In this document: piece after piece, positions 50,101-60,522 of the stretch
Position numbering within the stretch: the stretch's first letter is position 1
Layout of the letters: every line of letters begins with the position of its first letter
Assembly (NCBI GenBank): GCA_965214405.1
Contig: OZ243956.1
Location: 1,024,001 to 1,088,000 of the forward strand
From: Trueperaceae bacterium
GTDB lineage: Bacteria > Deinococcota > Deinococci > Deinococcales > Trueperaceae
Direction of reading: 5' to 3'
DNA length: 64,000 bases
Program-made: the position numbers and the translations under genes
The notes under the pieces: generated by a model
Seen by the model: the letters and a program-made list of their open reading frames with translations, nothing else
What the model was told of the DNA's origin: nothing
Databases searched by the model: none

Positions 50101-50985
50101 CTAGACTGCGGCCTTCTCCAAGGGCTGCGCTTCCTCTTTGGTGAGACCCACCAAACGCGCGCTCTCCTCCCAGAGCCGCCGCTGCGCGCCCTCGTCGTAG
50201 GAAATATTTTTGGAGGTGAGCGTTTCTTTGTCCTTAAAGTATTTGCCCGTCACCCCCTCGACGTCGAGCGAGGTCGCCAGCCAGATGGCCGTCTCCGCGC
50301 CCTTTTCGGGCGAGCGCGAGAAGGGCTTGAGAATCTTTGTTGCGAGGTTGGCAAAGCCGCCGTTGTTGGTGCCGAAGTTCGTGCCGACAAACCCCGGATG
50401 AAGCGCGTTGACGGTCACGCCCGTGCCCTCCAAACGTCTGGCGAGCTCATAGGTAAAGAGCAAGTTGGCGAGCTTGGACTGACCGTAGGCCTTCCAGCCG
50501 CCGTAATTGTGGAGCATGAGGTCGTCAAAGTGCACCTTGCCCATGCGCTCGGCTTCGGAGGACACGACGACGATGCGCGAGGGGGCCGCCCTTAGCAGCG
50601 GCGGCAGCAGGAGGTGCGTGAGCAAAAAGGGTGCGAGGTGGTTTAAGGCAAAGGTCTTTTCAAACCCGTCCGCGGTCTCTTGGCGCTTCGCCATAAACAC
50701 GCCCGCGTTGTTGACGAGCACGTCTAAGCGCTTGAAGCGCGCGTTGAATCCTTCCGCAAGCGACCGCGTCTCCTCCACCGACGAGAGGTCGGCGGGCATA
50801 AAGACGACATTGCCCCCCGTTTTCCGCCGCAACGCCGCCGCCGCCTCGTCACCGCTGCCGCTACCACGCGACACCGTCACCACCTTAGCCCCGCGCACCG
50901 CGAGCGCCTCGGCGGTCGCCCTGCCGATACCCGAACTCCCCCCCGTCACCAAACACACTTTGTCGCGCATACTTTGTTCCGGCAT
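50101..50985 (-). CDS. SDR oxidoreductase (retinol dehydrogenase-like)
   Basis: TGGSSGIG, NNAG, YGQSK, HPGFV motifs. Confidence 0.92.
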   Translation of the reverse strand: MPEQSMRDKVCLVTGGSSGIGRATAEALAVRGAKVVTVSRGSGSGDEAAAALRRKTGGNVVFMPADLSSVEETRSLAEGFNARFKRLDVLVNNAGVFMAKRQETADGFEKTFALNHLAPFLLTHLLLPPLLRAAPSRIVVVSSEAERMGKVHFDDLMLHNYGGWKAYGQSKLANLLFTYELARRLEGTGVTVNALHPGFVGTNFGTNNGGFANLATKILKPFSRSPEKGAETAIWLATSLDVEGVTGKYFKDKETLTSKNISYDEGAQRRLWEESARLVGLTKEEAQPLEKAAV

Positions 50986-51105
50986 AAAAGTCTCCCTTCG
51001 TCTCTCAGATTATAAAGTGGGGCGCTTCACCAAGAGAGTGAGGCAGGCTTATGCAAAAACCCCGGCAAGGTGGGGCCGGGGCCTTAAAGCGAATCTTCTA
51101 CCTTT

Positions 51106-51635
51106 TTAGTCCGCCCGCACCGCCCTCCCCTGCGCCCAATCCCTAAGTGCCTGAACTTTCTCACGCATCGTCTGCGACAGGGGCCGCGTCAGCCTCACCT
51201 CATCCAACAAAAGAGCGTCGCTGAGGTCGCCCCCGTTAGCAAAGGCCGTGTAGAGCCCCGACACGATGACGCCTTCAATCTCCGCGCCGCTAAAGCCCGC
51301 CGTCGCCGTGACCAGGCGGGGCAAGTCAAAAGTCTGGGGAACGCGCCCGCGCTTTGTCAGGTGAATCTTGAAAATAGCTTCCCGCGCCGCTTCATTGGGC
51401 AAATCCACAAAAAAGAGTTCGTCGAAGCGCCCCTTGCGCACCAGTTCGGGCAGCAAGGTATGGGCGCTGTTGGCGGTGGCAACGACGAACACGTCGCCCC
51501 GGCGCTCCTGCAACCAGGTGAGGAAAATTCCTAAGTGAGCGGGTAACGCGAGTGCAACAGGAGGTCTAAATCATTTAGAAAAGCGTCGGACTTAGCAGGA
51601 TGTGCGGCGGGGGCGGCGTGGGGAGGCGTTGTCAC
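51106..51635 (-). pseudogene. Internally deleted Ycf46-like AAA ATPase
   Basis: N-terminal DLDLLLHSRYPL abuts, out of frame, C-terminal LGIFLTWLQE...ATAN...RKGRFDELFFVDLP; Walker A/B absent. Confidence 0.75.
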
Positions 51636-51783
51636 GTTGTTTTTGGCATAGCCAGCACGCTTGCTCGAGCGTGAGAACTGCTTCATAACCCGCGGGACAG
51701 CCGGTGAAAGGGTCGGATATGAACGAAAGAAGAGCCCAACCGGAGCAGGCTTTTGGCGGAAATTCAAAAAGCGCTTCTCTCAA

Positions 51784-52860
51784 CTACTCCAAAGACGCGA
51801 GGAACTCGAGGCCTATACCTGTCACATCGGCGTCGGCGACGTTGGTGAGCAAGACGATACCGATATCCTTTTCAACGTTGAAACCTAAAAAGCTGCTAAA
51901 GCCACCCGTCCCGCCGTTGTGCCAAAGGATGTCCCCGGCCTCGCTCTGCCAGCGAATCCAGCCCAAACCATGAAAGGCGTCCTGGTAAGTTTTGATATTG
52001 GTTGCCTGCTGCGCCCGACAATTCGCCAGAGCCAAGGGTGTGGTTTCGTCACACGCCGTCATCGAGGCATTTAGAAACTTCATTGCGTCGTCCAGGCTGC
52101 CCCTCACAGCACCCGCACCTGCCAACGCGTCAGAATCCCACGCGCTCGTCTCGGTGCCGTCTGCGGTGAGAGGTGTGGCCCTGTCGTCAGAACTCCAGCC
52201 CACCGTCGTGGCCCCGCGCATGTCGAGAGGCGCGAAGATGCGAGTCTCAATCAACTCGCCGTACGTTGAGCCCGTGATGTCGGCCAGCAACGTTCCGAGG
52301 AGGCCGAAACCGAAGTTGGAGTATTCGTTGAATTCGCCCACAGGTTCTAATTCGACCATTTCTACGGCTTCATGAAGCAGTCCTCTATCGAAATTTGCGT
52401 AAGGATTCTCGCTGGAGAAAAAGCCGGAGAGAAGGCCGTAAAAAAGACCCATGTTGGGAGGCGAAATGGGCAAACCCGCCGAGTGCGTCGCCAACTTCTC
52501 AAACGTCACGGTCTCCCACTTGGGGTCCTGAACATCCTGTGGCAAGTAAGGATTGATGCTCTCGTCCACCCTCAAAACGCCCTCATCGGCGAGCTGAGCC
52601 AGCACGATGGCCGTAAACACTTTGGTGATGGAGCCGAACTCGAAAAGGGTCCCCTCGGAGAATGTTGGGTTGCCAACGAAGCTCACGCTTTCGTTGCCGT
52701 TTTCGATGATGCCCACCGCAATCCCGGCTTCGGCGCTGGGTAGCGCCTCGGCAAGGTGTGAGGTTAGGGAGGTCATCGCTGCGTCTTGTGAATGGGCCAA
52801 GGTGCCAAGTAAGCAGAAATGTAGCAGGAGAATCTGTCGGAGTCTTTTCATAGCATTCAT
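51784..52860 (-). CDS. Secreted serine hydrolase (beta-lactamase class C / PBP superfamily)
   Basis: GSITK, LATHSAG, YSN, HNGGTGG motifs; signal peptide. Confidence 0.88.
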   Translation of the reverse strand: MNAMKRLRQILLLHFCLLGTLAHSQDAAMTSLTSHLAEALPSAEAGIAVGIIENGNESVSFVGNPTFSEGTLFEFGSITKVFTAIVLAQLADEGVLRVDESINPYLPQDVQDPKWETVTFEKLATHSAGLPISPPNMGLFYGLLSGFFSSENPYANFDRGLLHEAVEMVELEPVGEFNEYSNFGFGLLGTLLADITGSTYGELIETRIFAPLDMRGATTVGWSSDDRATPLTADGTETSAWDSDALAGAGAVRGSLDDAMKFLNASMTACDETTPLALANCRAQQATNIKTYQDAFHGLGWIRWQSEAGDILWHNGGTGGFSSFLGFNVEKDIGIVLLTNVADADVTGIGLEFLASLE

Positions 52861-53050
52861 AGCATAAATGGTAGCTGTTCTTTAGAGAATGTGGGTGAGA
52901 AGGGGTGGCGGGACTCGCAAATGCGGTTTGCTGATTTACGGGTTAGAGGACTCGCCAGGTGTGTGGCTCGAGCGTAGCGGCACTATCTGACGAAATTTTT
53001 GACGATTGGCTTAGTCCCTTGCAGCACTCGTTTAAGCAGCGCAGAGGCGG

Positions 53051-53443
53051 TCAGGCATCTCTCAAACTCTGCGTCAGCATCTCGTGCTCTTCATTCAAAT
53101 ATCCGCCCAGCCTCTGATGAACCTTCTCCAACAGCCGCAACGCCTTTTGATTTAGCAACGCCGCCTTCTCTTCCGAACGCTCCTGTTTGCTAAGTTGATG
53201 CAGCAGCCTTGCACTCGCGTAGACCTTGTTGATATCCAATCCCGCCACCGAAAAGAGGCTGACAAGCTGTGAGCTGCTCAGGGTTACGAGGGTATCCAGA
53301 GTAAGACCTGTAAAAGAGAGGCTGAGTTCTTCCAAGTCGCTGTAGGTTACGTCTTGTCCCTTGGCGCGGGCACCAAAAAGGAGTGCTGCGAGCATTTCGG
53401 AGAATTGCTTTATGGTTCGCGTGATGTAGTCGGTTTGGTACAT
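53051..53443 (-). CDS. Hypothetical helical protein (DUF6483-like)
   Basis: MYQTDYI.R.I.Q start; 130 aa; family call from recall only. Confidence 0.55.
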   Translation of the reverse strand: MYQTDYITRTIKQFSEMLAALLFGARAKGQDVTYSDLEELSLSFTGLTLDTLVTLSSSQLVSLFSVAGLDINKVYASARLLHQLSKQERSEEKAALLNQKALRLLEKVHQRLGGYLNEEHEMLTQSLRDA

Positions 53444-53507
53444 GCTTAATTTGGCTCCAATCCAAACAAGCCCAAATCTCTTGCCGCGCTTGGTTAGACG
53501 GTATGTT

Positions 53508-54092
53508 TCAAACTGTTAGTGAAACTTGGAGCCTTTTGAAAGCGGTAGGCTCAGAAGTGTCTTCAAAGGCTTCCTTTATTTTAAGAGCACACTCTTTCGT
53601 ACTGGTCGAGGTTGTATCCACCTCGACGTCATAAGCACTGTAGGTATGAACGATTTCAAGCTGATGTTTCGCCAAACCCTGTCTCCGGTCACGCTGCTTT
53701 TCACGGCGCTCGAGCTCTTCTAGTGAGCAGTAAACGCCAACGAAGAAGACGGGAAATCCAGCTAATCGGTTGACACAAGCACGCAAGTCACTCCGCTGCT
53801 CAAATACATAGTCAACGATGAGGTTGTTCCCTTCTGAGGAAAGAGCAGCAACAGACGCGTGAGTTCCGGCTAAAAGGCGAGGAAAGTAAGTCCGCAGCTT
53901 TTCCAGTTCACCCTCAGAAGGTTCGACTGTACCAGAGAGGTAATCAATAAAACGTGTCGGCAGCGTTCGAAAAAAGTTGTCGATTGAGATGTGTAGAAAC
54001 GGCACCTCAAAGAGATTCTGTAGAGCATATGCAATACTCGTCTTACCCGAGCTAGATACCCCATTTAGTAAAATGATACTTCCGTAGTTCAT
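53508..54092 (-). CDS. Chloramphenicol phosphotransferase-like P-loop kinase
   Basis: ILLNGVSSSGKTS, IVD.V, VGV.C..EELERRE..R, YD.EVDT motifs. Confidence 0.85.
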   Translation of the reverse strand: MNYGSIILLNGVSSSGKTSIAYALQNLFEVPFLHISIDNFFRTLPTRFIDYLSGTVEPSEGELEKLRTYFPRLLAGTHASVAALSSEGNNLIVDYVFEQRSDLRACVNRLAGFPVFFVGVYCSLEELERREKQRDRRQGLAKHQLEIVHTYSAYDVEVDTTSTSTKECALKIKEAFEDTSEPTAFKRLQVSLTV

Positions 54093-54191
54093 ATAGCTCC
54101 TAGAAAGAGATGGGCAGTTCCGTCCAACTACTGATTAGTAAACGTTCGCTCAATAAACCTCTGAGAAACGCTTCGTAGCACTACATATAGC

Positions 54192-55457
54192 TCAGCCCCT
54201 CGTCTGCCCCTCCCCCTCAATCAAATACTTGTGCGTCACCATCTCCGCCAAGCCCATCGGCCCTCGAGCGTGAAGTTTCTGCGTGCTGATGCCGATTTCC
54301 GCGCCGAAACCGAACACGAAGCCGTCGGTAAAGCGGGTGCTGGCGTTTACATAAACGGCGGCGGCGTCTACGTCTTCTTGAAAGCGGCGGGCGTTCTCCA
54401 TCGACGCGGTGACGATGGCTTCAGAGTGCTGCGTGCCGTAGCGGTTGATGTGGCGGATGGCCTCGTCTACGTTTTCGACAACCTTCACTGCGAGCGTGTA
54501 GTCGAGGTATTCGGTTTCCCAGTCCCTTTCGGTGGCCGGGCGCGCATCCGGGTAGAGGTGCCGCGTCGCCTCGTCGGCGTAGAGGGTGACGCCCGCGCTC
54601 GAGAGCGCCCCCAACGCCCCCGGCAAAAACCGCGCCGCCACCGCCTCATGGACGAGCAGCGTCTCGGCGGCGTTGCACACGCCGGGGCGCTGCACCTTGG
54701 CGTTGAGGATGATGGCCTCCGCGTGCTCGAGATTGGCCGAGGCGTCCACAAACACGTGACAGTTGCCCACGCCCGTTTCAATCACCGGGACCTTGGCGTT
54801 TTCGACGACGTGGTTGATTAACGACGCGCCGCCCCTGGGGATGACCAGGTCGACCTCTCCCCTGGCCTCCAAAAGTTCGGTCACGAGCGCGCGGTCGGGC
54901 GAGTCGATGAGCTGCACCGCGTCCTCGGGCAAGCCCGCTGTATGGAGCGCCGTCCGCATCACCCGCACCAAGACGCGGTTGCTGTGAAGCGCGTTGGCGG
55001 AGCCCCGCAAGAGGGCGGCGGAGCCCGCCTTGAGCGTCAGGGCCGCCGCGTCGACGGTCACGTTGGGGCGCGACTCGTAAATCATGCCGATGACGCCGAA
55101 GGGGACGGTGACTTTTTGGACGCGCAGGCCGTTCTCGAGCCTTTTGCCGTCAAGCACCCGGTAGAGGGGGTCGGGCAGCGCCGCCACCAGCCGCACCGCC
55201 TCGGCGATGTTAGCGACGCGCGTTTCGCTTAAAGTAAGGCGGTCGACCAGCGCGTCCGGCGTGCCTTTACGTTTTTCAGCCGACACGTCTTTGACGTTGG
55301 CGGCGAGGATGTCGCTCGTGTGGCTTATGAGCGCGTCGGCGACCGCCGAAAGAGCCGCGTTGCGGTTTGCTCGAGCCAGACCGCGGCTCGCCTCACGCGC
55401 GCGGCGCAAAAGCTGGGTGAGATTGATTTTTTCGGAGGATGCTGTAGCTGGAGTCAT
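54192..55457 (-). CDS. proA: Gamma-glutamyl phosphate reductase
   Basis: IYESRPNVT, IPRGG, GNCH, CNAAET, VNASTRFTDG, ISTQKLHARGPMG; TATACT 5 bp before ATG 55457. Confidence 0.96.
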   Translation of the reverse strand: MTPATASSEKINLTQLLRRAREASRGLARANRNAALSAVADALISHTSDILAANVKDVSAEKRKGTPDALVDRLTLSETRVANIAEAVRLVAALPDPLYRVLDGKRLENGLRVQKVTVPFGVIGMIYESRPNVTVDAAALTLKAGSAALLRGSANALHSNRVLVRVMRTALHTAGLPEDAVQLIDSPDRALVTELLEARGEVDLVIPRGGASLINHVVENAKVPVIETGVGNCHVFVDASANLEHAEAIILNAKVQRPGVCNAAETLLVHEAVAARFLPGALGALSSAGVTLYADEATRHLYPDARPATERDWETEYLDYTLAVKVVENVDEAIRHINRYGTQHSEAIVTASMENARRFQEDVDAAAVYVNASTRFTDGFVFGFGAEIGISTQKLHARGPMGLAEMVTHKYLIEGEGQTRG

Positions 55458-55702
55458 GGGCAAGTATAGCCCAAGGGAAGGGAACGCAAAGATGTATGGC
55501 GGAAAAACATTCAACGGTAGCCTCCAGTATGGGCCACGGATGAACGGGTAAACTTCGGCTAGGGCCGTGGGGGTGATGCAGCATGTTACGTTAAACGTCA
55601 ACTTCAGATTTTTAGTTTGGATGTTGCGCTCCGTTAGACCACCTAGTCCGGGACGACGCGAAAAGAAACCTCCGCACACTTGTGAACAGGATAGGTGACA
55701 CC

Positions 55703-56689
55703 ATGCCGTATCTCGATTTGAATCTTTTGAAGCGGGTAGATTTTCCTGGGGGCGCGCTAAGGCATCTCTTGGGCGCGCTGGTTTTGCTCCTCTTGCCGAC
55801 GGTAGGGTTCGGACAAACCATTTTGCAGGTCGCGGCGGACGACCCCAGCCTCAGCACGTTTGTCGAGGCGCTCCGGCGGGCGGGGCTCGAGAGCACGCTC
55901 AACGGCGAAGGCCCTTTTACCCTCTTCGCCCCCACCGACGCGGCCTTTTCAGTTCTGCCCGAGGGAGAGCTTACGGCGCTCCTCAATAACGAAAGCGCGC
56001 TCCGCGAGGTGATGACGTACCACATCGTGCCCGCGTTTGTGCTCGCCAGGGACGCCGTTCAGGCCACCAGCGCGCCCACCCTGGCGGGCGACAGGCTCCG
56101 CTTACAGGTTAGGTCCGGCAGGCTTTACATCGACGGCGCGACGGTGATCAAGTTCGACGTCGGCGCGTCCGAAAACGTCGAGGCGTCCAACGGCGTGATT
56201 CACGTGGTGGACAGCGTTTTGGTGCCGAGAGAGGTCAACTTGGAGGCGCTGGCGGCGTCCGCCCCGGCCGCCCCACAGGAGAACGCCGCGCCCATCTACA
56301 CGACGGACGCATCAAACAGCGTTCGTTATCCCCTGTCGGTGGTAGACGGCAGCGGCATCGGCGGCTCGGTGCTCGCCGCCGACTACGGCTTGGGCGGGGC
56401 GGTCGTGACCATCGCGGTGCGGGGCACGCTGCGGGACGGGGCGGGAGGCGGCGAGTACCCCGTGCGTTTTCGCGTGGGCGACTGCGAGAGTGACGCCCCG
56501 AGTGAAGACAATCGTGAGGCCGGTACAGTGACGCTTAATGGCGTGGCAAAAGCAACGGGGTTGAGCGTCACCACGGTGGACGCGCCCTACGACGCCCTGG
56601 TGGGTGAGGATTACGCCCTCGAGCTCCTCTCACCCGACGGCTCCGGTACCGTGGTCACCTGCGGCGAGGTCGGGTCGGGGGCGAACTAG
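55703..56689 (+). CDS. Secreted fasciclin-domain protein with a C-terminal Cys-containing (CHRD/SOD-like) domain
   Basis: GPFTLFAPTDAAF, YHIV, ASNGVIHVVDSVL; C-terminal GDC...CGEVG. Confidence 0.85.
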   Translation: MPYLDLNLLKRVDFPGGALRHLLGALVLLLLPTVGFGQTILQVAADDPSLSTFVEALRRAGLESTLNGEGPFTLFAPTDAAFSVLPEGELTALLNNESALREVMTYHIVPAFVLARDAVQATSAPTLAGDRLRLQVRSGRLYIDGATVIKFDVGASENVEASNGVIHVVDSVLVPREVNLEALAASAPAAPQENAAPIYTTDASNSVRYPLSVVDGSGIGGSVLAADYGLGGAVVTIAVRGTLRDGAGGGEYPVRFRVGDCESDAPSEDNREAGTVTLNGVAKATGLSVTTVDAPYDALVGEDYALELLSPDGSGTVVTCGEVGSGAN

Positions 56690-56696
56690 GCGCGGG

Positions 56697-58259
56697 TCAA
56701 CTCAGGGGATGCGTCCACTCGCCCGCCAGCACCGTACCCGCGACAGTAAGCCCGTCCAAGCTCACCAGCGGGTCGTGCGAAAGAATTGTGAAATCGGCGT
56801 CGAAACCCGGACGCAGCCGCCCGGAACGGCTCTCGCGCCCGATGGCGTAGGCTGCGCCTCGAGTGTAGGCCAGGAGCGCCTTGTCGGGCGAGAGCAGTTC
56901 TTGGCTGTTGAGCACCTTTCCGTCCGCCCCCAAACGGCGGCAGGCGGCAAGCAGCCCCAAACGCACGTCCGGGTCGGCGACGGGCGTGTCGGAGCCGAAA
57001 GCGAGCGGCGCCCCCGTGGCGAGGAGGCTGCGCATGGCGTAAGCGCCTCCCACGCGGCCAGGTAAAAGCTTCTTGATGCGTTTTGCGTCGAACACCAAAT
57101 GATAAGGCTGTAAAGAGGCGATAACGCCGAGCTGCCCGAAGCGGGGGATATCGTCGGGGTGAAGGTGCTGCGCGTGCTCGATGCGCGGGCGCAGGCCCTT
57201 TGCCTCCCAAAGCGGTTTGGTCGCTTCTAGCGCGTCCAGAATCGCGCGGTTGGCGGCGTCGCCGATGGCGTGCGTTACGGGCGTCAGCCCCGCGTCAATC
57301 ACCACGGGCAGCCGCGCGGCCAGCACCTCGGGGCCGTGGACGGGCATTCCTAGTTCGTGGGTGCCGTCGTAGGGCTCGAGCATCCAGGCGGTCAAGCTAC
57401 CCAGCGCCCCGTCCGCAAAAAACTTGGCCCCCCCGATCGTAAAACGGTCCCCGCCTTGCCCCGTCGCCAGCCCGATGGCGGCGGCGTGTTCGGCGTTTTC
57501 TTGGTCGATACAGGCCCAGACGCGGAGCGGGTAACCCTCACGGCTCGCCGCGTGCGCCATCATCCGCCAGCCGTCGGGCGACTCGTAAGCCATATGATGC
57601 ACCGTGGTGATACCCAGCCGCGCCAGGTCCTCCCCAGCGCGCCTCACCGCCTCGGCCAAGGTCGCGTCGTCGGGGGGCGGCACGACGCGGGCGATGAGGG
57701 TGGCGGTGTGCTCGAGCAGCCCCCCGTTCGGCTCGCCGTCCGCGTCTCTTAAAATCGTGCCGTTCTCCGGGTCGGGCGTGCCCGCGTGAACCTCGGCCCG
57801 CGCCAACGCGGCAGAATTGACCCAGGCGCTGTGATGGTCCTGCGAACGCAAAAAAACAGGATGACGCGACGCGACGCGGTCGAGCGGCTCTTTGGTGAGC
57901 GCCTCTACATCCCAGCGGCTCGTCGAAAAGCCCGAGCCCAGAAGCCACGCGCCCTCGGGAAGCTCGCCCGCGCGCGTTTGGATGAGCCTCAACGCCTCTT
58001 CAAGCGTCTCGGCGTGAGACAAGTTGAGGCGAGAGAGCTCTAAACCGTGCGCGCTCAAGTGAACGTGGCTATCGTGAAACCCCGGCAGCAGGCAACGCCC
58101 CGCTAAGTCGATGCGCTCGGTGTCTCTACCTGCAAGCGCCAAAACCTCTTCAACCTTTCCCAAGGCCAAAATGCGCCCACCGCGCACCGCCAGCGCCTCG
58201 GCGCGCGGTTTAGAATCCATCGTCAAGATGCTGCCGTTATAAAAGATCGTGTCGGGCAT
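56697..58259 (-). CDS. Amidohydrolase (YtcJ-like)
   Basis: PGFHDSHVH, KFFADGALGS, HAIGD, RIEHAQ, FGSD motifs. Confidence 0.9.
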   Translation of the reverse strand: MPDTIFYNGSILTMDSKPRAEALAVRGGRILALGKVEEVLALAGRDTERIDLAGRCLLPGFHDSHVHLSAHGLELSRLNLSHAETLEEALRLIQTRAGELPEGAWLLGSGFSTSRWDVEALTKEPLDRVASRHPVFLRSQDHHSAWVNSAALARAEVHAGTPDPENGTILRDADGEPNGGLLEHTATLIARVVPPPDDATLAEAVRRAGEDLARLGITTVHHMAYESPDGWRMMAHAASREGYPLRVWACIDQENAEHAAAIGLATGQGGDRFTIGGAKFFADGALGSLTAWMLEPYDGTHELGMPVHGPEVLAARLPVVIDAGLTPVTHAIGDAANRAILDALEATKPLWEAKGLRPRIEHAQHLHPDDIPRFGQLGVIASLQPYHLVFDAKRIKKLLPGRVGGAYAMRSLLATGAPLAFGSDTPVADPDVRLGLLAACRRLGADGKVLNSQELLSPDKALLAYTRGAAYAIGRESRSGRLRPGFDADFTILSHDPLVSLDGLTVAGTVLAGEWTHPLS

Positions 58260-58884
58260 AGAGATAGTGTACGGCCTACAGCAGGAACACCAGCAAGAAC
58301 GCCCTGGTTCGAACGAGATTTCCTTTACAAGTTACCCGCCGGGCAGCGGACTGCGTAACTGTGGCGCGGTTTAGGGGATGAACCCGGTGGGTCGTTTGGC
58401 ACCTTTCTCATTCTTATCCCACTCTCAACATTGTCACGATTTTGCAGATGCGGATTTTCCGCGGCGGCGAAACGGACCTGGCTTGGGCGTTTCGTGGCTG
58501 CCACCACCCCCGCTCACCTGCCGCCGACACCAGGCGCGACAGACACTTTGGTATCGTGCTGGCCTGGGCGACGCTGCACGGCCTCGAGCCTGGCTGCTTG
58601 CTCTACTTCAGGTCACGCGCGACTCGGCCTCCCTCGGCCCCTGGTGGAACGCCAGAGAACTCACGCTGCTGGCGGCCCCGAGCGGCCTTCGGGGGTGGCT
58701 CGAGCCCCCAGTAAAGCGTTATCCTAGGGGAGAAGAAAGGGTAGGGGTGAGGGGTGAGTAAAATAAGCTTTTCTCTCTTTAAGCCCTGCGGGTACGTACG
58801 CCCTTCGGGGACGCCTCCCCCACTCGGAAGCAGTGCGTAAACTCACGTGGCCCAGAAACTCAGCCCAAGAACTAAGGAGACACC

Positions 58885-60297
58885 GTGACACATCCCAAAA
58901 TCACGCTTATCGGCGCGGGCTCGACCGTGTTTGCCAAAAACTTGATCGGCGACCTTTTGAGCTATCCCGAACTTGCCAACGCGACCCTGACCCTGTACGA
59001 CATCGACGCGGAGCGCCTCAAAACCTCCGAAGTCGTGGCGCGGGGGATAGCGGATGTGCTGGGCGCGACCCCCAAGCTCGAGGCCACCACCGACCGCAGC
59101 CGCGCGCTTGACGGCGCGGACTACGCCATCAGCATGTTTCAGGTGGCGGGCTACAAGCCGGGTACGGTAACCGACTTTAGCGTTCCCAAAAAGTACGGCC
59201 TGCGTCAGACCATCGGCGACACCTTAGGGATAGGCGGCATTATGCGCGCGCTGCGCACCATCCCCGTGTTTTTGGAGCTGGGCCGCGAGATGGAAAGGCT
59301 GTGCCCGGACGTGACGCACTTAAACTACGTCAACCCGATGGCGATGAACTGCATGGCGCTGAACCGGGCCACGCGGGTGAAGACGGTGGGGCTATGTCAC
59401 AGCGTTCAGGGTACCGCCGAGCAACTCGCGCACGACGTCGGCGTGCCTATGGAAGATATCAACTACCTCTGCGCCGGAATCAACCATATGGCGTTCTATC
59501 TGCGTTTTGAGAGAGACGGCGAAGACCTCTACCCGAAGATCCGTCAGGTACTCGAGGAGGGCCGCGCCCCCGACTGGAACCGGGTGCGCTACGAGGTGTT
59601 CAAACATTTCGGCTACTTTGTGACCGAGTCGAGCGAGCACTTTGCCGAGTACGTGCCCTGGTTTATCAAGCGCGACCGGGCCGACCTGCTGGACGCGTTC
59701 AACATCCCGTTGGACGAATACCTGCGCCGTTGCGAGGTGCAGATTACCGCCTGGGGCTTTATGCGCGACAAGCTCGAGCACCCCGAGGCGGACCTGACTG
59801 AGCCGTTCCGCGAGGCGATGCAGCAAGCGGGCGTGTCCGAAGCGCACCTGCCTTTGGTGGTTCACAATTTTGAGAATTTGAACGAGGTCAAGCGCTCACA
59901 CGAGTACGGCTCGACCATCGTTCACAGCCTCCAAACGGGCCAGCCGAGCGTGATTTACGGCAACGTGCCCAACGCGGGGCTGATTGACAACCTCCCCCAA
60001 ACCTGCTGCGTCGAAGTGCCCTGCGTGGTGGATAAAAACGGCGTGCAACCGACCAAAGTGGGCGCGCTGCCCCCGCAACTCGCCGCCCTGATGCAGACCA
60101 ACATCAACGTGCAGGCGCTCACCGTCGAGGCCGCTTTAACGGGCAAGCGCGAGCACATCTACCACGCCGCCATGCTCGACCCGCACACCGCCGCCGAGTT
60201 GGATTTAGAGCAGATTCACGACCTGGTAGACGACCTCATCCGGGCGCACGGCGACTGGTTGCCCGAAAGCTTTCGCGCCGACCTCGCCCTGGCCTAG
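58885..60297 (+). CDS. melA: Alpha-galactosidase, GH4
   Basis: IGAGSTVF, QTIGDTLG, NYVNP, GLCHS, AGINH, VTESSEH motifs. Confidence 0.9.
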   Translation: MTHPKITLIGAGSTVFAKNLIGDLLSYPELANATLTLYDIDAERLKTSEVVARGIADVLGATPKLEATTDRSRALDGADYAISMFQVAGYKPGTVTDFSVPKKYGLRQTIGDTLGIGGIMRALRTIPVFLELGREMERLCPDVTHLNYVNPMAMNCMALNRATRVKTVGLCHSVQGTAEQLAHDVGVPMEDINYLCAGINHMAFYLRFERDGEDLYPKIRQVLEEGRAPDWNRVRYEVFKHFGYFVTESSEHFAEYVPWFIKRDRADLLDAFNIPLDEYLRRCEVQITAWGFMRDKLEHPEADLTEPFREAMQQAGVSEAHLPLVVHNFENLNEVKRSHEYGSTIVHSLQTGQPSVIYGNVPNAGLIDNLPQTCCVEVPCVVDKNGVQPTKVGALPPQLAALMQTNINVQALTVEAALTGKREHIYHAAMLDPHTAAELDLEQIHDLVDDLIRAHGDWLPESFRADLALA

Positions 60298-60365
60298 CCA
60301 CGCCGCCTCGTCCAGTCTCATGATGCGTTAAAGCGTGGGCCATTAGCAACTTTTTGTTACTTCTG

Positions 60366-60522
60366 GAGAGTGTTTGGAAGTAAATAACCTCCCCCCTTGT
60401 TAAGGGAGGACCGAGGGGGGATCTGCTTTTGCACCTCCCTGTAAAGTTAGTCAGAGATAAATTCCCCCAACCCCTCTTAACAAAAGGGTTTTTGTCAAAA
60501 CTCGAGCCCTTCCCAACGCTCC
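60366..60522. repeat. REP/MITE-like palindromic element between convergent genes
   Basis: Two inverted CCC..TTGTTAAG.G.GG...GGGGG units inside imperfect terminal IRs (GAGAGTGTTTGGAAG / CTTCCCAACGCTCC). Confidence 0.5.

Noticed and set aside
51784..54092. Antibiotic-resistance island (beta-lactamase, chloramphenicol phosphotransferase)
   Set aside because: Both belong to broad superfamilies; motifs alone do not establish resistance function
58280..58860. Gene or ncRNA in the gap before melA
   Set aside because: Several short overlapping ORFs without motifs or clear starts; possibly a decayed gene but not supportable
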